Below are positions 12,926 through 25,334 of a stretch of 64,000 nucleotides of DNA, in pieces. The position numbers and the translations under genes were made by a program. Origin of the DNA: Chiloscyllium plagiosum (taxonomy: Eukaryota). The notes below the pieces were generated by a model. That model saw nothing but the letters and a program-made list of their open reading frames with translations, did not search any database and was not told where the DNA came from. The DNA lies in assembly GCF_004010195.1 (NCBI RefSeq), contig NC_057718.1, positions 105,044,300-105,108,299 of the forward strand, given 5' to 3'. Position 1 is the stretch's first letter, and each line of letters opens with the position of its first letter.

Positions 12926-13066
12926 ACTAAAACAGCAAGGTGCTGGAGGAATTCAGCAGGTCTGGCAGCATCTGGGGCAAGAAAGCAGAGTTAATGTTTC
13001 GGGTCCAGTGACCCTTCCTCTGATCTGTTTCTAGTTTATAGCATCTGCAGCTCTTTGGTTTATTTT
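12926..13066 (-). mobile_element. Penelope-like family C element with partial inverted tail
   Basis: Minus strand has GGGTC-ACTG-GACCC-GAAAC; CTGA box degenerate. Confidence 0.72.
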
Positions 13067-13359
13067 CCAACAAATATAGTTTTTATTTCAAAATTAACAA
13101 CAAATAACATTTGTACTTGGCATATTTTGGAGCAGGTGATGACTGAAGCACAAGTTTCTTTGTTTAATCAAGTCCTCCGTTGAAGTTTGATGGCACATTG
13201 TAAAAGTGTTTAACAAACACACGATAGGAATTAATTTACAATTTGCACTTGAAGATTGGAGGAGTTTTGAACACAATACCATCATTCATACAGAATACTG
13301 TTTTACATCATTCGATCATTTAAATCAAATTTATGGAAAAAATTAAAAGCCAATTTACA

Positions 13360-13690
13360 CAAGTCCCTAGTTGCCCCTTGAGAAGGTGGGAGTGAGCTGC
13401 CTTCTTGAACCGTGCAGCCCATGTGCTGTGGGTTGACCCACAATGCCCTTAAGGAGAAAATTCCAGGATTATGACCCAGTGACAGAGAAGGAACGGTGAT
13501 ATATTTCCAAGTCAGGATGGTGAGTGGCTCGGAGGGGAACTTGCAGGAGGTGGTGTTCCCATGGATCTGCTGCCCTTGTCCCTCTCAATGGAAGTAGTTA
13601 TGGGTTTTGTGAATTTCTGCGGTGCATCCTGCAGTTAGTAGGTAGTGCTGCTACTGAGTGTCAGTAATGGATGGAATGGATGTTTATATA
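13360..13690 (-). mobile_element. 3' fragment of a second CR1/L2-group LINE family
   Basis: CCCTTGAGAAGGTGG..GAGCTGCCTTCTTGAACC..TTTCCAAGTCAGGATGGTGAGTGGC matches the 3' end of 52395-55250. Confidence 0.8.
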
Positions 13691-13780
13691 TAAACTTCCT
13701 GATGCTGTTTGGTTTGAAAGAGATTTGCAAATAGAAATTGCTTGGAACAAATTGAATTTTCCCCATGTGTCCTTCCACAG

Positions 13781-13940
13781 ATTCCCAATGAAGGTTCCTT
13801 GCTTGTGATCGTAATCCTGATCTTAATGCAGGGCATCACTGGAATGGCTGTGGGGCTCATCATCTCAGCTTCATTCGATGATGAACAGTCAGCGGCCCAG
13901 GTTTCGCTGGGGATCTTCTATCCTTGTATAGTTCTGAGCG
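13781..13940 (+). CDS. ABCH-like transporter, internal exon
   Basis: ccttccacAG acceptor, GTAAGT donor; IPNEGSLLVIVILILMQGITGMAVGLIISASFDDEQSAAQVSLGIFYPCIVLS-G. Confidence 0.95.
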
Positions 13941-14180
13941 GTAAGTGAGGAGGAACAGGACAATGACCTGCATTTAAATCACTCCTTTAAAGTAAGGAAA
14001 TAAATGAAGGTGTTCCATGGAGCAATCATGAAACAGAATTTGACATTAAGTCACAAAAAAGTGATATCCGGGCAGATGCCCCACCCTTGGTCAAAGAAGT
14101 AGCTTTAGAATAGAAGCAATGCTGGGATGTGGAGAGGGACAGGACCCAAACCTGACAGCAAGGTGACTCCAACTGGGAGG

Positions 14181-15452
14181 ACCAAGATTAGAGTGGTGCT
14201 GGAAAAGCACAGCAGGTCAGGCAGCGTCTGAGGAGCAGGAAAATCGACGTTTTGGGCAAAAAGCCCTTTGTCAGGAATGAGGCTGGGAGCCTCAGGGGGT
14301 GCAGAGATATATGGGAAGGGGTGGGGCTTGGGAGAAGGTAGCTGAGAATGAGATAGGTGGATGGAGGAAGGGGTCGCAGAGGAGAGTGGAGCAGATAGGT
14401 GGGAAGGAAGATTGACAGGTGAGACAGGTCATGAGGGCGGTGCTGAGCTGGAAGGTTGGAACTGGGGTAAGGTGGGGGGGAGGGGAAATGAGAAAATTGG
14501 TGAAGCCCACATTTATGCCCTGGGGTTGAAGGGTCGCGAGGCGGAAGATGACGCGTTCTTCCTCCAGGCGACGGCGGAGGAGGCCCAGGACCTCCATGTC
14601 CTCGGCAGAGTGGGAGGGGGAGTTGAAATGTTGGACTACAGGGCGCTGTGGTTGATTGGTGCGGGTGTTCTTGGGATGTTCCCTAAAGCGCTCTGCTAGG
14701 AGGTGCCTAGTCTCCCCAATGTAGAAGAGACCGCATCGGGAGCAACGGATACAATAAATGATATTGGTGAATGTGCAAGTAAAACTTTGATGGATGTGGA
14801 AGGCTCCTTTGGGGCCTTGGATGGAGGTGAGGGAGGAGGTGTAGGCGCTGGTTTTACAGTTCCTGCGGTGGCAGGGGAAGGTGCCAGGATGGGAGGGTGG
14901 GCACCAACCAACCCCACTACCCCGTGGCTGAACATTCCAACTCCCCCTCCCACTCTGCTGAGGACATGGAGGTCCTGGGCCTCCTCCACCACCACTCCCT
15001 TACCACCCGGCGCCTGGAGGAAGAACGCCTCATCTTCCACCTCAGGAACCTTCAACCCCAGGGCATCAATGTGAACTTCACCAGTTTTCTCATTTCCCCT
15101 CCCCCCACCTTATCCCAGTTCCAACCTTCCAGCTCAGCACCGCCCTCATGAACTGTCTCACCTGTCAATCTTCCTTCCCACCTATCTGCTCCACCCTCTC
15201 CTCTGACTTATCACCTTCACCCCCACCTCCATCCACCTATTGCACTCACAGCTACCTTCTCCCCAGCCCCATCTCCCTCCCATTTATCTCTCAACCCCCG
15301 AGGCTCCCAGCCTCATTCCTGATGAAGGGGTCCAGCCCAAAATGTTGATTCTCCTGATCCTCGGATGCTGCCTGACCTGCTGTGCGTTTCCAGCACCACA
15401 CTGATCCAGTCTCTAATCTCCAGCATCTGCAATCCTCACTTTTGCCTGGGCA
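14181..15452. mobile_element. Penelope-like retroelement 3' fragment with inverted repeat and GIY-YIG endonuclease remnant
   Basis: Minus strand ~14810-14490 translates FTCTFTNIIYCIRCSRCGLFYIGETRHLLAERFREH..HFNSPSHS..LQPQGINV; ~14900-15410 is an inverted copy of ~14185-14665; TSD AACTGGGAGG at 14171-14180 and 15453-15462. Confidence 0.93.
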
Positions 15453-15494
15453 AACTGGGAGGGGTCAACAAGCTGGAACTGGAGACATCCCAGA

Positions 15495-16592
15495 GGGGCT
15501 GGAGGGGGTGACAGAGATAGGGAGGGGGTGTAGGGGCTGGAGGGGGTTACACAGATAGAGAGGGGGTGTAGGGGCTGGAGGTGGTTACAGAGATAGGGAG
15601 GGGGTGTAGGGGGTTACCGAGGGAGGGAGGGGGTGTAGGGGGTTACCGAGGGAGGGAGGGGGTGTAGGGGGTTACCGAGGGAGGGAGGGGGTGTAGGGGG
15701 TTACCGAGGGAGGGAGGGGGTGTAGGGGGTTACCGAGGGAGGGAGGGGGTGTAGGGGGTTACCGAGGGAGGGAGGGGGTGTAGGGGGTTACCGAGGGAGG
15801 GAGGGGGTGTAGGGGGTTACCGAGGGAGGGAGGGGGTGTAGGGGGTTACCGAGGGAGGGAGGGGGTGTAGGGGGTTACCGAGGGAGGGAGGGGGTGTAGG
15901 GGGTTACCGAGGGAGGGAGGGGGTGTAGGGGGTTACCGAGGGAGGGAGGGGGTGTAGGGGGTTACCGAGGGAGGGAGGGGGTGTAGGGGGTTACCGAGGG
16001 AGGGAGGGGGTGTAGGGGGTTACCGAGGGAGGGAGGGGGTGTAGGGGGTTACCGAGGGAGGGAGGGGGTGTAGGGGGTTACCGAGGGAGGGAGGGGGTGT
16101 AGGGGGTTACCGAGGGAGGGAGGGGGTGTAGGGGGTTACCGAGGGAGGGAGGGGGTGTAGGGGGTTACCGAGGGAGGGAGGGGGTGTAGGGGGTTACCGA
16201 GGGAGGGAGGGGGTGTAGGGGGTTACCGAGGGAGGGAGGGGGTGTAGGGGGTTACCGAGGGAGGGAGGGGGTGTAGGGGGTTACCGAGGGAGGGAGGGGG
16301 TGTAGGGGGTTACCGAGGGAGGGAGGGGGTGTAGGGGGTTACCGAGGGAGGGAGGGGGTGTAGGGGGTTACCGAGGGAGGGAGGGGGTGTAGGGGGTTAC
16401 CGAGGGAGGGAGGGGGTGTAGGGGGTTACCGAGGGAGGGAGGGGGTGTAGGGGGTTACCGAGGGAGGGAGGGGGTGTAGGGGGGACAGGGATAGGGAGGG
16501 GGTGTAGGGGCTGGAGGAGGTTACTGAGGTAGGGAGGGGGTGTTGAGGCTGGAGGGGGTGACAGGGATAGGGAGGGGTGTAGGGGCTGGAGG
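15495..16592. repeat. G-rich minisatellite: ~30 perfect 29-bp units flanked by diverged ~38-bp units
   Basis: Unit GGGGGTGTAGGGGGTTACCGAGGGAGGGA from ~15600 to 16480. Confidence 0.96.
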
Positions 16593-17358
16593 ATGAGAAT
16601 TTTAAAATGAAGGTGTTAATCAGAAGGCAATGTGGACCAGTTCAGCACAGGGATGGCCTTTATTCAGGGGTGAGAGGGGAATGGGACTTGGGGCAGTTCT
16701 GGACATGGACTAATGTAAGAAGATGTCTTCTAATCAAATTTGTTTTGGCATTTATTCAAAGATAAAATTCCAGCTTTTAACCAGGATACGGATGGAGATA
16801 GTGATGTGCTGTTATCCAGAGACACTTCTCTCTGTCAGTCGCACCCTCAATGAGGATGGGGTCTGTCCTGATTCATCTCGTGGGAGACCTTGTGTGACCT
16901 TCCCTTACCCGTGCAGCTGTGTCCTCACCAGCCTGTCATCACCTTGTGTCTAAACTCTGAGTGTTGTCTCTTCCGGAGAGTCTCCACACCTTCCTGTTTT
17001 GCACAGTGTTCCTATATGTTCCCATTTCACTTTCCTGTTGTGTAACTCTGCAATCGGAATAATCCTCACTGCAACACAATGACTTCTCATTTCCCAGGAT
17101 GCGTTTCTCCAATGGAGTTCCAACAAACTGAACAGGAAGTTTGACAACACGTTCAGTGTGAAGCAGATGGTGAAGTTCCTGAACTGACTTACTTCCTGTG
17201 ATCTCCCTCCAATTCCATTTTGAATGTTCTTATTAAACCCTCCCAGGCAGCAGGGTCCTGGCTTCAGCTTATTCTCCATCTGAGGGCAATGAAGGCTGAA
17301 TCATGGCAATCAATCCAATTCCAAGTTTAGCTTCACTAAACTGTTGTTGCAATTTCAG

Positions 17359-17463
17359 GAATCATTTGGCCCCTTGAAAGTATCCCATATCCCCTGAGGT
17401 ATGTGAGTTTCATCTTGCCACAAACATACGCATCAGAGGCACTCCGAGGTGTGACTGATCGAG
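17359..17463 (+). CDS. ABCH-like transporter, penultimate exon
   Basis: tttcAG acceptor, GTaaga donor; (G)IIWPLESIPYPLRYVSFILPQTYASEALRGVTDR-G, giving the SG-x-x-WP-x-E and LP-x-T signature typical of ABCH/ABC2 permeases. Confidence 0.95.
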
Positions 17464-17593
17464 GTAAGAGACCATTTTCAACCATTTCAAAACACAACTT
17501 GCATTAATGTGAACAAATCGGTCTTCTGAAAGCTCATTTATGAATTAAATTAATGGACATAATTATTGCACAGTTGGCTGAAACAATTGAATT

Positions 17594-17729
17594 TGGATGT
17601 AGGTTTGCTCGCTGAGCTGAAAGGCTCATTTCCAGACGTTTCGTTATTTTACTAGGTAACATTTTCAGTGGACCTCAGGCGAAGCAATGCTGAAAATTCC
17701 TGCTTTCTGTTTATATGTTTGGGTTTCTT
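17594..17729 (-). mobile_element. ~140-bp element, Penelope-like family D, with decayed hammerhead
   Basis: Reverse complement of 48418-48556; TTGAATT flanks at 17587-17593 and 17730-17736. Confidence 0.82.
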
Positions 17730-18629
17730 TTGAATTGATGTACGTTTTTACATTTCAATGAAGTGTTATCTCTCCAGTCAGAGTTTGGGAATTTTCTGCA
17801 TGATAAGTGATATTGAACTGCGTAACCCCAGTGCACAAACCAGAAAACACATTAGATATAAATACTTCATTAACATCGAAAACAGTGTCTTCTCAAATAG
17901 TTTTACTTAATGAAACACTGTCTCCCATGTGTCCATAAGTCCATGAGTAAAATAATTCTGCCAATGTTTTGTTTCTATCAGAACACTCTTCAGATGACCA
18001 GAGTTTCTGAACAGTTGATTTCGGTACTGAAGAGGTTAATGATGTATATTCTGTTGGACACTTTCTTCAAAGTTAATGATGAAAATTGGATCTTTCATTT
18101 TGTTTGATTTGACACCAATATGTAAGTTGTAAAAATGAGATGAAGTGTTGGTGATTGTGGGCTGGGACTCAGCTTCTCAAATTGCATAGTAGGGATTATT
18201 TTGATTTTTTTGAATGGTTGCTTCACTGTTTAGTGATGAAATAAATTGGCTCGGTACCAGTTTCACTCTGCCATTGCATCAAAAACATGTCATCACTTTT
18301 GAAGAGTGGTTCAATCCTGGTGTGACAATGAGAAACAGGTCTTGCATTTGTATAGCATCTTTCACATCCTCCAAATGTCTCAAATTGCTTTAGGAAACTC
18401 AAACAGAAAATCACAGTCACCAGTTAATGACAAATCAGCTGTTTCAGCAGCTGATTCATCCTCAATATGAGGATCTGGATGTTGTCAAATCTCAATGAAT
18501 GGCCACTGGCAAAAAATAAGTGAAAACAAATCATGGTCTTTTTGCTGAAATACTTGTTCAGAAAGGAGAAAAAAGTGCATTCCAGCACCTTGGTCAATTC
18601 TAAGGTGATTGACAGTCAATGATGTACAT

Positions 18630-18930
18630 CTAAAGTATACTCACTGTTTTAAAGTAGGAAGATTGACAGCAAGTCTGTGCACAGCAAGATCCACAATCAG
18701 CAATGTGTTCATAAGGACACAAACTGCTGAGGCGAGTTAGGTTGAAAGATATATTTTGGCCAGGGGATGGGCACAAATTCCTTGCTCCTCCTTGAAATAG
18801 TGCCATGGGGTATCTCCCAGCCACCTGTGAGAACAGAAAGGATTCTTATTGGACAGCACAGGGTGGAGGAGGCCATCCTCAGAGAGTGTAGCACCTTCTC
18901 AGTTCTGCACCAGAGGCTAAGCCTAGGTTC
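18630..18930 (-). mobile_element. Old SINE-like repeat (Deu/SacSINE1-like, tentative)
   Basis: TGTGCACAGCAAGATCCACA..CAGCAATG shared with 46760-46940 and, in reverse, ~36080-36220. Confidence 0.5.
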
Positions 18931-18979
18931 TGTGTCAACTCATTCAGGGGGCTGTCAGGTGAACAACAAGGCTCCCCTC

Positions 18980-19079
18980 AAAACACACACACACAAAACA
19001 CACACACACACAAAACACACACACACAACACACACACATACACACACACACAATACACACACAAAACACACGCACACAC
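18980..19079. repeat. (CA)n microsatellite abutting an assembly gap
   Basis: Direct reading. Confidence 0.95.
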
Positions 19080-19824
19080 NNNNNNNNNNNNNNNNNNNNN
19101 NNNNNNNNNNNNNNNNNNNNNNNNNNNNNNNNNNNNNNNNNNNNNNNNNNNNNNNNNNNNNNNNNNNNNNNNNNNNNNNNNNNNNNNNNNNNNNNNNNNN
19201 NNNNNNNNNNNNNNNNNNNNNNNNNNNNNNNNNNNNNNNNNNNNNNNNNNNNNNNNNNNNNNNNNNNNNNNNNNNNNNNNNNNNNNNNNNNNNNNNNNNN
19301 NNNNNNNNNNNNNNNNNNNNNNNNNNNNNNNNNNNNNNNNNNNNNNNNNNNNNNNNNNNNNNNNNNNNNNNNNNNNNNNNNNNNNNNNNNNNNNNNNNNN
19401 NNNNNNNNNNNNNNNNNNNNNNNNNNNNNNNNNNNNNNNNNNNNNNNNNNNNNNNNNNNNNNNNNNNNNNNNNNNNNNNNNNNNNNNNNNNNNNNNNNNN
19501 NNNNNNNNNNNNNNNNNNNNNNNNNNNNNNNNNNNNNNNNNNNNNNNNNNNNNNNNNNNNNNNNNNNNNNNNNNNNNNNNNNNNNNNNNNNNNNNNNNNN
19601 NNNNNNNNNNNNNNNNNNNNNNNNNNNNNNNNNNNNNNNNNNNNNNNNNNNNNNNNNNNNNNNNNNNNNNNNNNNNNNNNNNNNNNNNNNNNNNNNNNNN
19701 NNNNNNNNNNNNNNNNNNNNNNNNNNNNNNNNNNNNNNNNNNNNNNNNNNNNNNNNNNNNNNNNNNNNNNNNNNNNNNNNNNNNNNNNNNNNNNNNNNNN
19801 NNNNNNNNNNNNNNNNNNNNNNNN
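19080..19824. other. Assembly gap; others at 29124-29224, 29621-29944, 30935-31030, 49534-50033 and 51723-51972
   Basis: Runs of N. Confidence 0.99.
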
Positions 19825-20912
19825 TAGGTCCCCAAAACACCCCCACCCCCAAAACACAGACACACAGACAGATTTGTTTTTCACCAGATCTCGGTCATCC
19901 CTTTGCTTTCAGCATGCTTTTATCCAAGTCCCCCTTTTGAAAGTTAATGTTTCTACTCCCTTCCAGCCACACCTGGATCATGTGCTGAAATGTGACAATT
20001 TATTAAAGTCACAGTTTCTTCACTTACAATCGCTGATCGATGGCATCTTCCCAACCATGGGCAGCTCCTGAATGGATACAATACAGAGCTCCCGAAATTC
20101 GGAACACAATCAGTCCCGAACTGAAACAATTAATAAAAGCAGCAAATAATGGTAACTGATTCCGACACCACAAACAATCAGTAATAACCCAGATTCCACC
20201 CACTAGTTATTAAAACTGTGAGTTTAAAAAGGGGCATTAATAATGTTGGTTCACAGGAGATGTCAAACTAATATTATCCGATTTTAAATGTTCCCCAGAA
20301 TGATAGACACAAACTGGGAGAAGTCACTGTGTTGCAGCTGCCAGTCCTGTGACCAGGCACTGGTTCCTGCTCTGTCAGCCAGCTGCCTTGTATGTTTATA
20401 TAATAGAGCAGGGAGGTGGCATTTCGATGCTTTTTCAAGAGGGGCTTTATTCTGGCACAGACAAGGTCCTGTTACATTTGGCTGCTCTGCTGTAATGTGA
20501 GTTGCCAGAACAAATAGGATTGGCCTACTCCCCAAGGCCCCTTCATTCATTCAGCAGCCCTTGTGCTCACTGACCCACTCTGGTTCCCAGTTTGACTGAG
20601 CCTTGACATTGGAAACCTCAGCCCGGATTTCAAACCCCTTCGTGACATCGCCTCACCCATTTCCGAACTCTGTCATTTCCTCCATCCCCTCGGAGATTAC
20701 TCCACTCCACCATTCTCAATCTCTTCAGGAATCCCACCAACCCCATTGCTCCACACTCTGTGACCATCACCCCAGCCCAGCCGTTTCCTTCCTGACCCTC
20801 GTTGCCAGTCTCACTTCCTTTAACATCTTCATTAAAAAACTGACTTCTTTGATGAAGCCATTGTCGCGTGGTGCCTGTGACGTCTTTCCATCAGTAGATA
20901 CCACACACAGTT

Positions 20913-22495
20913 CAGGGTGCTGTATATAATCTATATGGTGTGCTGTATATAATCAATGCAGGGCGCTATATATAATCAATACAGTGTGTTGTATATAATC
21001 AATACAGGGTGCTGCATATAATCAATACATTTGTTGTATATAATCAATACAGGGTGCTGTATATAATCAATACAGTGTGTTGTATATAATCAATGCAGTG
21101 TGCTGTATATAATCAATACAGTGTGTTGTATATAACCAATACAGTGTGCTGCATATAATCAATACAGTGTGTTGTATATAATCAATACAGGGTGCTGTAT
21201 ATATTCAATACAGTGTGTTGTATATAATCAATGCAGTGTGCTGTATATAATCAATACAGTGAGTTATATATAATCAATACAGGTGCTACATATAATCAAT
21301 TCAGTGTGCTGTATATAATCAATTCAGTGTGCTGTATATAGTCAATACAGTGTGTTGTATATAATCAATGCAGTGTGCTGTATATAATCAATGCAGGGCG
21401 CTATATGTAATCAATACAGTGTGCTGTATATAATCAATACAGTGTGCTGTATATAATTAATGCAGTGTGCTGTATATAATCAATACAGTGTGCTGTATAT
21501 AATCAATAAAGTGTGCTGTATATAATCAATGCAGTGTGCTATATATAATCAATACGGTGTGCTGTGTATAATCATTGCAGGGTGCTGTATATAATCAATA
21601 CAGTGTGCTGTATATAATCAATGCAGGGTGCTATATATAATCAATACAGTGTGCTGTATATAATAAATGCAGGGTGCTGTATATAATCAATTCAGTGTGC
21701 TGTATATAATCAATACAGGGTACTGTATATAATCAGTGCAGGGTACTGTATATAATCAATGCAGTTTGCTGTATATAATCAATGCAAGGTGCTGTATATA
21801 ATCAATACAGGGTGTTGTATATAATCAATGCAGTGTGTTGTATATAATCAGTACAGGGTGTTGTATATAATTGATGCAGGGTGCTGTATGTAATCAATGC
21901 AGTGTGCTGTATATAATCAATACAGGGTGCTGTATATAATCAGTACAGTGTGCTGTATATAATCAATGCAGTGCGCTTATATAATCAATACATGGTGCTG
22001 TATATAATCAATGCAGGGTGCTATATATAATCAATACAGTCTGTTGTATATAATCAATGCAGTGTGCTGTATATAATCAGTACAGGGTGCTGTATATAAT
22101 CAATACAGTGTGCTCATATCATCAGTACAGTGTGCTGTATATAATCAATGCAGTATGCTTATATAATCAGTAAAGGGTGCTGTATATAAGCAATGCAATG
22201 TGCTGTATATAATCAATACAGGGTGCTATATATAATCAGTACAGGGTGCTGTATATAAGCAATGCAATATGCTGTATATAATCAATGCAGAGTGTTGTAT
22301 TCAATCAATACAGGGTGCTGTATATAATTAATACAGTGTGTTGTACGTAATCAGTACAGGGTGCTGTATATATTCAATGCAGTGTGTTGTATATAATCAA
22401 TACAGTGTGTTGTATATAATCAATACAGGGTGCTGCATATAATCAGTATAGTGTGCTGTGCAGCAAAAATACTGTGTGCTGTATAGGATCAATAC
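20913..22495. repeat. 23-bp minisatellite, ~68 diverged copies
   Basis: Consensus CAG(T/G)GTGCTGTATATAATCAAT(A/G). Confidence 0.96.
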
Positions 22496-22535
22496 ATTTT
22501 CTGTTTAGGGTCTAAATGGTGTTCTACAGCATCAA

Positions 22536-22618
22536 AGTTAAAAATCACACAACACCAGGTTATAGTCCAACAGGTTTAATTGGAAGCACTAGCTTTCGGA
22601 GCGCTGCTCCTTCATCAG
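22536..22618 (-). mobile_element. Penelope-like family B fragment
   Basis: Near-identical to 49250-49340; CAGCATCAA at 22527-22535 and 22616-22624. Confidence 0.85.
22587..22618 (-). ncRNA. Minimal hammerhead ribozyme core (family B)
   Basis: CTGATGA-A-GGAGC-AGC-GCTCC-GAAAGCTA; palindrome AGCT; the 5' arm of stem I is lost by truncation. Confidence 0.7.
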
Positions 22619-23109
22619 CATCAAGACAGTGTCCTGTTCAGGGTTCATATGGTGTGCTGCAGACGGATATGTACCTGATCTCAGCCTCAGTGCTTCACGG
22701 AGGGTCTGACGGTACGTTACAACATAGAAAGCCCAGAATAATAAAACATCGGGGTGTTTGGGCTGGATGGTGTATTGTGTTGCAGGATTACAATGGCTGC
22801 CTATCCTCCCTGAGGGCCTGGGTGGCAGGTTGAGGGGAGCAGGTCTGGGAGACACAGATGGAAAGGAAGGATTAAATGTATTTTATCTCTAGGGAGGGTT
22901 TAACAACAATACACACGTGTGACTGGGTTGGTAAAGGCTGGCAGTGTTTGAACTCTAGGGTCACAGAAAATTCAAGGCATGTTTGTCCAGGCGACCAGTC
23001 AGGACTCAGCATTTGGTTTTCGGGTTAGAAAGGACAATGAGACATGAGCTTTATTCTGGCTACCAACCAGTGACCTCCTTTACATCACAAATCAACAGTT
23101 AGCCAATAG

Positions 23110-23670
23110 GCACTGCTTCCAGTCAGGTTAAAAGAATGGGATTGGTGAATTTCTGCAGTGCATCTTGTAGATGGTACACACTGCTACTACTGAGTGTCAG
23201 TAGTGGAGGGAGGGGATGTTTGTGGATGTGGTGCCAATCAAGCGGGGGCTGCTTTGTACTGGATGGTGTTGAGCTTTTTGAATGTTGTTGGAGTTGCACC
23301 CATCCAGGGCAAGTGGGGAGTATTCCAGCACACTCCTGAGTTGTGTCTTGTAGATGGTGGACAGGCTTTGGGGAGTCAAGAGGTGAGTTACTCACTGCAG
23401 TATGCCCAGCCTCTGACCTGCTCTCGTAGTCACAATGTGGAGAAAGTCCAGTTGAGTTTCTGGTCAATGGTAACGCCCAGGATGTTAGTAGTGCAGGATT
23501 CAGGGTTGGTGATACTATTGAACATCAAGGGCAATGGTTAGAATCCCTCTTGTTTGAGATGGTTTATGGCTTGAATGTTACTTGCCATTTACTAGCCCAG
23601 ACCTGGATATTGGCCAGTTCTTGCTGCATTTGGGCATTGATTGGTTCAGGAACAAGAGTCCTGAATGGTT
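23110..23670 (-). mobile_element. CR1/L2-group LINE fragment (second family)
   Basis: TPQSLSTIYKTQLRSVLEYSPLA on the minus strand. Confidence 0.85.
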
Positions 23671-24409
23671 TCCTCAGACAGAGAAGCTGATAACCCTCCA
23701 GAATTGTGTCTGAGTCTCCAGGAATTGAAGATTCACCCTTTGAATGTGGAGCGAGGGAGGTTATTAATAATAATTGAGAGAGCAGTCAGGAGCTGAATAA
23801 ATAGTGGGACTCTGCTGATTTGGATAGCAGAAGGTGAATCAGTGAAAATTACATTGAAATGGATTTCATAAGGTTGGCCATTTGTCATTTCCATCTTTAG
23901 ATTTGGGAGATTGAACAAGTTTCAGTGTGAAAGGTAAGTTGGAATGACACCATGAATGTGAGCAGTAACAACAACCTGCCTTTATAAAGCACCTTTAAAG
24001 TTCAAGGTTATCAAATAAAATTTGACACTGAGCCACCTTTGCCGATATTGGGTGAACAAAGACTCTGTCAAAAGACAGGTTTAAGGAGTGACTAAAAGGA
24101 GGAAAATGGGGTGGAGAGGTTTGGAGAGAGAATTCCAAATCTTTGGAGTCAGGTAGCAGGAGGTACTGCTTCCAATGACGGAGTGATAGAAGTTGAGGGA
24201 TGTGTCAGTAACCAGGTTTGGGGGAAATGGAGATCTTGGATTAGGAAAACTCATGGGAACATCTGTGTGTCAAATATGATGCATCCAACTCGATTTGATC
24301 AGTTTTATTCCATCCCTTGTCCAACTCTCATTAGTCCAGGCAGCACATAAGGAAAATGATCTGCCCAAATGCCAAAGCTGCCCTGAAGTTGTGCAATATT
24401 AAACTCTCA

Positions 24410-24640
24410 CTGACCCGACGAGTTTAAATTCCCTCTCTCTCCTTCTCTTCTGTCTGTCTCTCTCTCTCTCTCTGTGACCTGAAGGGGTTTACACTCTCTC
24501 TCTCTCTCTCTCTCCTTCTCTTCTGTCTGTCTCTCTGTCTCTCTGTGACCTGACGGGGTTTACTCTCTCTCTCTCTCTCCTTCTCTTCTGTCTGTCTGTC
24601 TGTCTCTCTCTCTGTGACCTGAAGGGGTTTACTCTCTGTT
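24410..24640. repeat. Three-copy ~70-bp repeat with internal (CT)n
   Basis: CCTTCTCTTCTGTCTGTC(TC)nTGTGACCTGA(A/C)GGGGTTT occurs three times. Confidence 0.9.
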
Positions 24641-25334
24641 TCTCGTGCTTAATTCAGAACTTTGTTTCTGTCTGCAAGTCTGGGAAATAGATTTCAGGTG
24701 AAACTTAGGAAGTGGGAAAGCCCATTAATTAAACATTTCAAGCAGAAAACGCGAGTTTCTCTGGCCTGTCCACCTAACCATCCCCATTCCTTCCTGTGAG
24801 ACAACACAATATGTTTCGATGCCATTTCTGAAATGAATTAATGATGAACCAAATGGCAGGAAGGTATTTGTCTGTTGCCTTTTTGAACTGTGGTTTCCTG
24901 TTTGAACACCTGCACTGGGGTTCAGCTTGAAATATTGATCAGTCTTTTACAAAAGAAATGTCTGAATTTCTGACTTTAGTTTTTGCGTTTGTGTCCTTTG
25001 GTTGTGAACGTGAGCCCATGTTTGTAACTGGAATGTGATCTCTGTGGATTCTGTAGTTATGCAGGTGGAGTGTGAGTTACTGAAGGTGCTGCCGTGGGTT
25101 TGTAACATGACAATTTAACAGCTGCAACAGTTAACTCTTACCGAACTGCACTGGCCGTCGGTCAAAGCAGAAATTGCTTCAGCATTGTATTTATCACTTG
25201 TTTTGAAAAAAAAGTGACATTCAAAACTTGGGTAGTTTGAAATAATAGGACAGTTTTATGAGAGCAAGATACTATTTTACCACCAACAATTACATCCTGT
25301 TCCTTCTATAGTTTCTAACTTAGAAGGATGTTAT

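Larger units (their letters stand above)
13960..16720 (-). mobile_element. Probable old L2-like 3' fragment hosting the Penelope insertion and the G-rich array
   Basis: 13960-14150 resembles the 23965-24240 repeat (ACCTGC..TTTA..CCTTTAA..AATTTGACA); sequence resumes after the TSD at 15453. Clade assignment is from recall and tentative. Confidence 0.5.

Noticed and set aside
18767..20071. Long ORFs spanning N runs (also near 29, 49.5 and 51.7 kb)
   Set aside because: Artefacts of assembly gaps.
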